DNA from: the human T2T-CHM13v2.0 reference genome, Homo sapiens
NCBI RefSeq assembly: GCF_009914755.1
Contig: NC_060925.1
Strand: one strand, 5' to 3'
Length of the DNA: 64,000 nt
Position 1 is the first letter of the stretch; each line of letters opens with the position of its first letter. Position numbers and translations under genes: made by a program. The notes below the pieces were generated by a model. That model saw nothing but the letters and a program-made list of their open reading frames with translations. It had not been told where the DNA came from and ran no database searches. Below, piece by piece: positions 51,538 through 61,600 of the stretch.

Positions 51538-53577
51538 GAATTCTCAGTAACTTCCTTGTGTTGTGTGTATTCAACTGACAGAGTTGAACTTTCATTTAGA
51601 GAGAGCAGATTTGAAACACTGTTTTTGTGGAATTTGCAAGTGGAGATTTCAAGCGCTTTGGGGCCAAAGGCAGAAAAGGAAATATCTTCGTATAAAAACT
51701 AGACAGAATCATTCTCAGAAACTGCTGCGTGATGTGTGCGTTCAACTCTCAGAGTTTAACTTTTCTTTTCATTCAGCGGTTTGGAAACACTCTGTTTGTA
51801 AAGTCTGCACGTGGATATTTTGACCACTTAGAGGCCTTCGTTGGAAACGGGTTTTTTTCATGTAAGGCTAGACAGAAGAATTCCCAGTAACTTCCTTGTG
51901 TTGTGTGCATTCAACTCACAGAGTTGAACGTTCCCTTAGACAGAGCAGATTTGAAACACTCTATTTGTGCAATTTGCAAGTGTAGATTTCAAGCGCTTTA
52001 AGGTCAACGGCAGAAAAGGAAATATCTTCGTTTCAAAACTAGACAGAATCATTCCCACAAACTGCGTTGTGATGTGTTCGTTCAACTCACAGAGTTTAAC
52101 CTTTCTGTTCATAGAGCAGTTAGGAAACACTCTGTTTGTAAAGTCTGTAAGTGGATATTCTGACATCTTGTGGCCTTCGTTGGAAACGGGATTTCTTCAT
52201 ATTCTGCTAGACAGAAGAATTCTCAGTAACTTCCTTGTGTTGTGTGTATTCAACTCACAGAGTTGAACGATCCTTTACACAGAGCAGACTTGAAACACTC
52301 TTTTTGTGGAATTTGCAAGTGGAGATTTCAGCCGCTTTGAGGTCAATGGTAGAAAAGGAAACTATCTTCATATAAAGACTAGACAGAATGATTCTCAGAA
52401 AATCTTTTGTGATGTGTGCGTTCAACTCACAGAGTTTAACTTTTCTTCTCATAGAGCAGTTAGGAAAGACTCTGTTTGTAAAGTCTGCAAGTGGATATTC
52501 AGACCTCTTTGAGGCCTTCGTTAGAAACGGGATTTCTTCATATTATGCTAGACAGAATAATTCTCAGTAACTTCCTTGTGTTGTGTGTATTCAACTCACA
52601 GAGTTGAACGATCCTTTACAGAGAGCAGGCTTGAAACACTCTATTTGTCGAATTTGCAAGTGGAGATTTCAGCCGCTTTGAGGTCAATGGTAGAATAGGA
52701 AATATCTTCTTATAGAAACTAGACAGAATGATTCTCATAAACTCCTTTGTGATGTGTGCGTTCAACTCACAGAGTTTAACCTTTCTTTTCATAGAGCAGT
52801 TAGGAAACACTCTGTTTGTAAAGTCTGCAAGTGGATATTCAGACCTCCTTGAGGCCTTCGTTGGAAACGGGATTTCTTCATATTCTGCTAGACAGAAGAA
52901 TTCTCAGTAACTTCCTTGTGTTGTGTTTATTCAACTCACAGAGTTGAATGATCCTTTACACAGAGCAGACTTGAAACACTCTTTTTGTGGAATTTGCAAG
53001 TGGAGATTTCAGCCGCTTTGAGGTCAATGGTAGAAAAGTAAATATCTTCGTATAAAGACTAGACAGAATGATTCTCAGAAACTCCTTTGTGATGTGTGCG
53101 TTCAACTCACAGAGTTTAACCTTTCTGTTCATAGAGCAGTTAGGAAACACTCTGTTTGTAAAGTCTGCAAGTGGATATTCAGACCTCCTTGAGGCCTTCG
53201 TTGGAAACGGGATTTCTTCATACTCTGCTAGACAGAAGAATTCTCAGTAACTTCCTTGTGTTGTGTGTATTCAACTCACAGAGTTGAACGATCCTTTACA
53301 CAGAGCAGACTTGAAACACTCTTTTTGTGGAATTTGCAAGTGGAGATTTCAGCCGCTTTGAGGTCAATAGTAGAAAAGGAAATATCTTCGTAGAAAAACT
53401 AGACAGAATGATTCTCAGAAACTCCTTTGTGATGTGTGTGTTCAACTCACAGAGTTTAACCTTTCTTTTCATAGAGCAGTTAGTAAACACTCTGTTTATA
53501 AAGTCTGCAAGTGGATATTCAGACCCCTTTGAGGCCTTCGTTGGAAACGGGATTTCTTCATATTATGCTAGACAGAA

Positions 53578-55612
53578 GAATTCTCAGTAACTTCCTTGTG
53601 TTGTGTGTATTCAACTGACAGAGTTGAACTTTCATTTAGAGAGAGCAGATTTGAAACACTGTTTTTGTGGAATTTGCAAGTGGAGATTTCAAGCGCTTTG
53701 GGGCCAAAGGCAGAAAAGGAAATATCTTCGTATAAAAACTAGACAGAATCATTCTCAGAAACTGCTGCGTGATGTGTGCGTTCAACTCTCAGAGTTTAAC
53801 TTTTCTTTTCATTCAGCGGTTTGGAAACACTCTGTTTGTAAAGTCTGCACGTGGATATTTTGACCACTTAGAGGCCTTCGTTGGAAACGGGTTTTTTTCA
53901 TGTAAGGCTAGACAGAAGAATTCCCAGTAACTTCCTTGTGTTGTGTGCATTCAACTCACAGAGTTGAACGTTCCCTTAGACAGAGCAGATTTGAAACACT
54001 CTATTTGTGCAATTTCCAAGTGTAGATTTCAAGCGCTTTAAGGTCAACGGCAGAAAAGGAAATATCTTCGTTTCAAAACTAGAGAGAATCATTCCCACAA
54101 ACTGCGTTGTGATGTGTTCGTTCAACTCACAGAGTTTAACCTTTCTGTTCATAGAGCAGTTAGGAAGCACTCTGTAAAGTCTGTAAGTGGATATTCTGAC
54201 ATCTTGTGGCCTTCGTTGGAAACGGGATTTCTTCATATTCTGCTAGACAGAAGAATTCTCAGTAACTTCCTTGTGTTGTGTGTATTCAACTCACAGAGTT
54301 GAACGATCCTTTACACAGAGCAGACTTGAAACACTCTTTTTGTGGAATTTGCAAGTGGAGATTTCAGCCGCTTTGAGGTCAATGGTAGAAAAGTAAATAT
54401 CTTCGTATAAAGACTAGACAGAATGATTCTCAGAAACTCCTTTGTGATGTGTGCGTTCAACTCACAGAGTTTAACCTTTCTGTTCATAGAGCAGTTAGGA
54501 AACACTCTGTTTGTAAAGTCTGCAAGTGGATATTCAGACCTCCTTGAGGCCTTCGTTGGAAACGGGATTTCTTCATATTCTGCTAGACAGAAGAATTCTC
54601 AGTAACTTCCTTGTGTTGTGTGTATTCAACTCACAGAGTTGAACGATCCTTTACACAGAGCAGACTTGAAACACTCTTCTTGTGGAATTTGCAAGTGGAG
54701 ATTTCAGCCGCTTTGAGGTCAATGGTAGAAAAGGAAATATCTTCGTATAAAGACTAGACAGAATGATTCTCAGAAACTCCTTTGTGATGTGTGCGTTCAA
54801 CTCACAGAGTTTAACTTTTCTTTTCATAGAGCAGTTAGGAAACACTCTGTTTGAAAAGTCTGCAAGTGGATATTCAGACCTCTTTGAGGCCTTCGTTGGA
54901 AACGGGATTTCTTCATATTATGCTAGACAGAAGAATTCTCAGTAACTTCCTTGTGTTGTGTGTATTCAACTCACAGAGTTGAACGATCCTTTACACAGAG
55001 CAGACTTGAAACATTCTTTTTGTGGAATTTGCAAGTGGAGATTTCAGCCGCTTTGAGGTCAATGGTAGAATAGGAAATATCTTCCTATAGAAACTAGACA
55101 GAACGATTCTCAGAAACTCCTTTGTGATGTGTGCGTTCAACTCACAGAGTTTAACCTTTCTTTTCATAGAGCAGTTAGGAAACACTCTGTTTGTAAAGTC
55201 TGCAAGTGGATATTCAGACCTCTTTGAGGCCTTCGTTGGAAACGGGATTTCTTCCTATTCTGCTACACAGAAGAATTCTCAGTAACTTCCTTGTGTTGTG
55301 TGTATTCAACTCACAGAGTTGAACGATCCTTTACACAGAGCAGACTTGAAACACTCTTTTTGTGGAATTTGCAAGTGGAGATTTCAGCCGCTTTGAGGTC
55401 AATAGTAGAAAAGGAAATATCTTCGTAGAAAAACTAGACAGAATGATTCTCAGAAACTCCTTTGTGATGTGTGTGTTCAACTCACAGAATTTAACCTTTC
55501 TTTTCATAGAGCAGTTAGTAAACACTCTGTTTATAAAGTCTGCAAGTGGATATTCAGACCCCTTTGAGGCCTTCGTTGGAAACGGGATTTCTTCATATTA
55601 TGCTAGACAGAA
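53578..55612 (+). repeat. Unique 12-mer A-B(del4)-C/E-F-G-H (2035 bp)
   Basis: It lacks the C body and D. Dimer B has a 4-bp deletion near 54172-54176 (CACTCTGTAAAG versus CACTCTGTTTGTAAAG). E, F, G and H follow in order. Confidence 0.85.
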
Positions 55613-58600
55613 GAATTCTCAGTAACTTCCTTGTGTTGTGTGTATTCAACTGACAGAGTTGAACTTTCATTTAGAGAGAGCAGATTTGAAACACTGTTTT
55701 TGTGGAATTTGCAAGTGGAGATTTCAAGCGCTTTGGGGCCAAAGGCAGAAAAGGAAATATCTTCGTATAAAAACTAGACAGAATCATTCTCAGAAACTGC
55801 TGCGTGATGTGTGCGTTCAACTCTCAGAGTTTAACTTTTCTTTTCATTCAGCGGTTTGGAAACACTCTGTTTGTAAAGTCTGCACGTGGATATTTTGACC
55901 ACTTAGAGGCCTTCGTTGGAAACGGGTTTTTTTCATGTAAGGCTAGACAGAAGAATTCCCAGTAACTTCCTTGTGTTGTGTGCATTCAACTCACAGAGTT
56001 GAACGTTCCCTTAGACAGAGCAGATTTGAAACACTCTATTTGTGCAATTTGCAAGTGTAGATTTCAAGCGCTTTAAGGTCAACGGCAGAAAAGGAAATAT
56101 CTTCGTTTCAAAACTAGACAGAATCATTCCCACAAACTGCGTTGTGATGTGTTCGTTCAACTCACAGAGTTTAACCTTTCTGTTCATAGAGCAGTTAGGA
56201 AACACTCTGTTTGTAAAGTCTGTAAGTGGATATTCTGACATCTTGTGGCCTTCGTTGGAAACGGGATTTCTTCATATTCTGCTAGACAGAAGAATTCTCA
56301 GTAACTTCCTTGTGTTGTGTGTATTCAACTCACAGAGTTGAACGATCCTTTACACAGAGCAGACTTGAAACACTCTTTTTGTGGAATTTGCAAGTGGAGA
56401 TTTCAGCCGCTTTGAGGTCAATGGTAGAAAAGGAAACTATCTTCATATAAAGACTAGACAGAATGATTCTCAGAAAATCTTTTGTGATGTGTGCGTTCAA
56501 CTCACAGAGTTTAACTTTTCTTCTCATAGAGCAGTTAGGAAACACTCTGTTTGTAAAGTCTGCAAGTGGATATTCAGACCTCTTTGAGACCTTCGTTGGA
56601 AACGGGATTTCTTCATATTATGCTAGACAGAATAATTCTCAGTAACTTCATTGTGTTGTGTGTATTCAACTCACAGAGTTGAAGGATCCTTTACAGAGAG
56701 CAGGCTTGAAACACTCTTTTTGTCGAATTTGCAAGTGGAGATTTCAGCTGCTTTGAGGTCAATGGTAGAATAGGAAATATCTTCTTATAGAAACTAGACA
56801 GAATGATTCTCATGAACTCCTTTGTGATGTGTGCGTTCAACTCACAGAGTTTAACCTTTCTTTTCATAGAGCAGTTAGGAAACACTCTGTTTGTAAAGTC
56901 TGCAAGTGGATATTCAGACCTCCTTGAGGCCTTCGTTGGAAACGGGATTTCTTCATATTCTGCTAGACAGAAGAATTCTCAGTAACTTCCTTGTGTTGTG
57001 TTTATTCAACTCACAGAGTTGAATGATCCTTTACACAGAGCAGACTTGAAACACTCTTTTTGTGGAATTTGCAAGTGGAGATTTCAGCCGCTTTGAGGTC
57101 AATGGTAGAAAAGTAAATATCTTCGTATAAAGACTAGACAGAATGATTCTCAGAAACTCCTTTGTGATGTGTGCGTTCAACTCACAGAGTTTAACCTTTC
57201 TGTTCATAGAGCAGTTAGGAAACACTCTGTTTGTAAAGTCTGCAAGTGGATATTCAGACCTCCTTGAGGCCTTCGTTGGAAACGGGATTTCTTCATATTC
57301 TGCTAGACAGAAGAATTCTCAGTAACTTCCTTGTGTTGTGTGTATTCAACTCACAGAGTTGAACGATCCTTTACACAGAGCAGACTTGAAACACTCTTTT
57401 TGTGGAATTTGCAAGTGGAGATTTCAGCCGCTTTGAGGTCAATGGTAGAAAAGGAAACTATCTTCATATAAAGACTAGACAGAATGATTCTCAGAAAATC
57501 TTTTGTGATGTGTGCGTTCAACTCACAGAGTTTAACTTTTCTTCTCATAGAGCAGTTAGGAAACACTCTGTTTGTAAAGTCTGCAAGTGGATATTCAGAC
57601 CTCTTTGAGGCCTTCGTTGGAAACGGGATTTCTTCATATTATGCTAGACAGAATAATTCTCAGTAACTTCCTTGTGTTGTGTGTATTCAACTCACAGAGT
57701 TGAACGATCCTTTACAGACAGCAGGCTTGAAACACTCTTTTTGTCGAATTTGCAAGTGGAGATTTCAGCCGCTTTGTGGTCAATGGTAGAATACGAAACA
57801 TCTTCTTATAGAAACTAGACAAAATGATTCTCATGAACTCCTTTGTGATGTGTGCGTTCAACTCACAGAGTTTAACCTTTCTTTTCATAGAGCAGTTAGG
57901 AAACACTCTGTTTGTAAAGTCTGCAAGTGGATATTCAGACCTCCTTGAGGCCTTCGTTGGAAACGGGATTTCTTCATATTCTGCTAGACAGAAGAATTCT
58001 CAGTAACTTCCTTGTGTTGTGTTTATTCAACTCACAGAGTTGAATGATCCTTTACACAGAGCAGACTTGAAACACTCTTTTTGTGGAATTTGCAAGTGGA
58101 GATTTCAGCCGCTTTGAGGTCAATGGTAGAAAGGTAAATATCTTCGTATAAAGACTAGACAGAATGATTCTCAGAAACTCCTTTGTGATGTGTGCGTTCA
58201 ACTCACAGAGTTTAACCTTTCTGTTCATAGAGCAGTTAGGAAACACTCTGTTTGTAAAGTCTGCAAGTGGATATTCAGACCTCCTTGAGGCCTTCGTTGG
58301 AAACGGGATTTCTTCATATTCTGCTAGACAGAAGAATTCTCAGTAACTTCCTTGTGTTGTGTGTATTCAACTCAGAGAGTTGAACGATCCTTTACACAGA
58401 GCAGACTTGAAACACTCTTTTTGTGGAATTTGCAAGTGGAGATTTCAGCCGCTTTGAGGTCAATAGTAGAAAAGGAAATATCTTCGTAGAAAAACTAGAC
58501 AGAATGATTCTCAGAAACTCCTTTGTGATGTGTGTGTTCAACTCACAGAGTTTAACCTTTCTTTTCATAGAGCAGTTAGTAAACACTCTGTTTATAAAGT

Positions 58601-58673
58601 CTGCAAGTGGATATTCAGACCCCTTTGAGGCCTTCGTTGGAAACGGGATTTCTTCATATTATGCTAGACAGAA
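55613..58673 (+). repeat. 18-mer HOR A-B-C-D-E-C-D-E-H (3061 bp)
   Basis: The C insertion AAACTATC occurs twice, 1021 bp apart (~56437 and ~57458). The length equals 340+339+2x(341+340+340)+340. Confidence 0.9.
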
Positions 58674-61600
58674 GAATTCTCAGTAACTTCCTTGTGTTGT
58701 GTGTATTCAACTGACAGAGTTGAACTTTCATTTAGAGAGAGCAGATTTGAAACACTGTTTTTGTGGAATTTGCAAGTGGAGATTTCAAGCGCTTTGGGGC
58801 CAAAGGCAGAAAAGGAAATATCTTCGTATAAAAACTAGACAGAATCATTCTCAGAAACTGCTGCGTGATGTGTGCGTTCAACTCTCAGAGTTTAACTTTT
58901 CTTTTCATTCAGCGGTTTGGAAACACTCTGTTTGTAAAGTCTGCACGTGGATATTTTGACCACTTAGAGGCCTTCGTTGGAAACGGGTTTTTTTTCATGT
59001 AAGGCTAGACAGAAGAATTCCCAGTAACTTCCTTGTGTTGTGTGCATTCAACTCACAGAGTTGAAAGTTCCCTTAGACAGAGCAGATTTGAAACACTCTA
59101 TTTGTGCAATTTCCAAGTGTAGATTTCAAGCGCTTTAAGGTCAACGGCAGAAAAGGAAATATCTTCGTTTCAAAACTAGACAGAATCATTCCCACAAACT
59201 GCGTTGTGATGTGTTCGTTCAACTCACAGAGTTTAACCTTTCTGTTCATAGAGCAGTTAGGAAACACTCTGTTTGTAAAGTCTGTAAGTGGATATTCTGA
59301 CATCTTGTGGCCTTCGTTGGAAACGGGATTTCTTCATATTCTGCTAGACAGAAGAATTCTCAGTAACTTCCTTGTGTTGTGTGTATTCAACTCACAGAGT
59401 TGAACGATCCTTTACACAGAGCAGACTTGAAACACTCTTTTTGTGGAATTTGCAAGTGGAGATTTCAGCCTCTTTGAGGTCAATGGTAGAAAAGGAAACT
59501 ATCTTCATATAAAGACTAGACAGAATGATTCTCAGAAAATCTTTTGTGATGTGTGCGTTCAACTCACAGAGTTTAACTTTTCTTCTCATAGAGCAGTTAG
59601 GAAACACTCTGTTTGTAAAGTCTGCAAGTGGATATTCAGACCTCTTTGAAGCCTTCGTTGGAAACGGGATTTCTTCATATTATGCTAGACAGAATAATTC
59701 TCAGTAACTTCCTTGTGTTGTGTGTATTCAACTCACAGAGTTGAACGATCCTTTACAGAGATCAGGATTGAAACACTCTTTTTGTCGAATTTGCAAGTGG
59801 AGATTTCAGCCGCTTTGAGGTCAATGGTAGAATAGGAAATATCTTCTTATAGAAACTAGACAGAATGATTCTCATAAACTCCTTTGTGATGTGTGCGTTC
59901 AACTCACAGAGTTTAACCTTTCTTTTCATAGAGCAGTTAGGAAACACTCTGTTTGTAAAGTCTGCAAGTGGATATTCAGACCTCCTTGAGGCCTTCGTTG
60001 GAAACGGGATTTCTTCATATTCTGCTAGACAGAAGAATTCTCAGTAACTTCCTTGTGTTGTGTTTATTCAACTCACAGAGTTGAATGATCCTTTACACAG
60101 AGCAGACTTGAAACACTCTTTTTGTGGAATTTGCAAGTGGAGATTTCAGCCGCTTTGAGGTCAATGGTAGAAAAGTAAATATCTTCGTATAAAGACTAGA
60201 CAGAATGATTCTCAGAAACTCCTTTGTGATGTGTGCGTTCGACTCACAGAGTTTAACCTTTCTGTTCATAGAGCAGTTAGGAAACACTCTGTTTGTAAAG
60301 TCTGCAAGTGGATATTCAGACCTCCTTGAGGCCTTCGTTGGAAACGGGATTTCTTCATATTCTGCTAGACAGAAGAATTCTCAGTAACTTCCTTGTGTTG
60401 TGTGTATTCAACTCACAGAGTTGAACGATCCTTTACACAGAGCAGACTTGAAACACTCTTCTTGTGGAATTTGCAAGTGGAGATTTCAGCCGCTTTGAGG
60501 TCAATGGTAGAAAAGGAAATATCTTCGTATAAAGACTAGACAGAATGATTTTCAGAAACTCCTTTGTGATGTGTGCGATCAACTCACAGAGTTTAACTTT
60601 TCTTTTCATAGAGCAGTTAGGAAACACTCTGTTTGTAAAGTCTGCAAGTGGATATTCAGACCTCTTTGAGGCCTTCGTTGGAAACGGGATTTCTTCATAT
60701 TATGCTAGACAGAAGAATTCTCAGTAACTTCCTTGTGTTGTGTGTATTCAACTCACAGAGTTGAACGATCCTTTACACAGAGCAGACTTGAAACATTCTT
60801 TTTGTGGAATTTGCAAGTGGAGATTTCAGCCGCTTTGAGGTCAATGGTAGAATAGGAAATATCTTCCTATAGAAACTAGACAGAACGATTCTCAGAAACT
60901 CCTTTGTGATGTGTGCGTTCAACTCACAGAGTTTAACCTTTCTTTTCATAGAGCAGTTAGGAAACACTCTGTTTGTAAAGTCTGCAAGTGGATATTCAGA
61001 CCTCTTTGAGGCCTTCTTTGGAAACGGGATTTCTTCCTATTCTGCTAGACAGAAGAATTCTCAGTAACTTCCTTGTGTTGTGTGTATTCAACTCACAGAG
61101 TTGAACGATCCTTTACACAGAGCAGACTTGAAACACTCTTTTTGTGGAATTTGCAAGTGGAGATTTCAGCCGCTTTGAGGTCAATAGTAGAAAAGGAAAT
61201 ATCTTCGTAGAAAAACTAGACAGAATGATTCTCAGAAACTCCTTTGTGATGTGTGTGTTCAACTCACAGAGTTTAACCTTTCTTTTCATAGAGCAGTTAG
61301 TAAACACTCTGTTTATAAAGTCTGCCAGTGGATATTCAGACCCCTTTGAGGCCTTCGTTGGAAACGGGATTTCTTCATATTATGCTAGACAGAAGAATTC
61401 TCAGTAACTTCCTTGTGTTGTGTGTATTCAACTGACAGAGTTGAACTTTCATTTAGAGAGAGCAGATTTGAAACACTGTTTTTGTGGAATTTGCAAGTGG
61501 AGATTTCAAGCGCTTTGGGGCCAAAGGCAGAAAAGGAAATATCTTCGTATAAAAACTAGACAGAATCATTCTCAGAAACTGCTGCGTGATGTGTGCGTTC

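Noticed and set aside
58988-58995. T8 instead of T7 after the A-dimer CENP-B box
   Set aside because: A single homopolymer length change is ordinary slippage or a sequencing error and lies outside the essential box bases.
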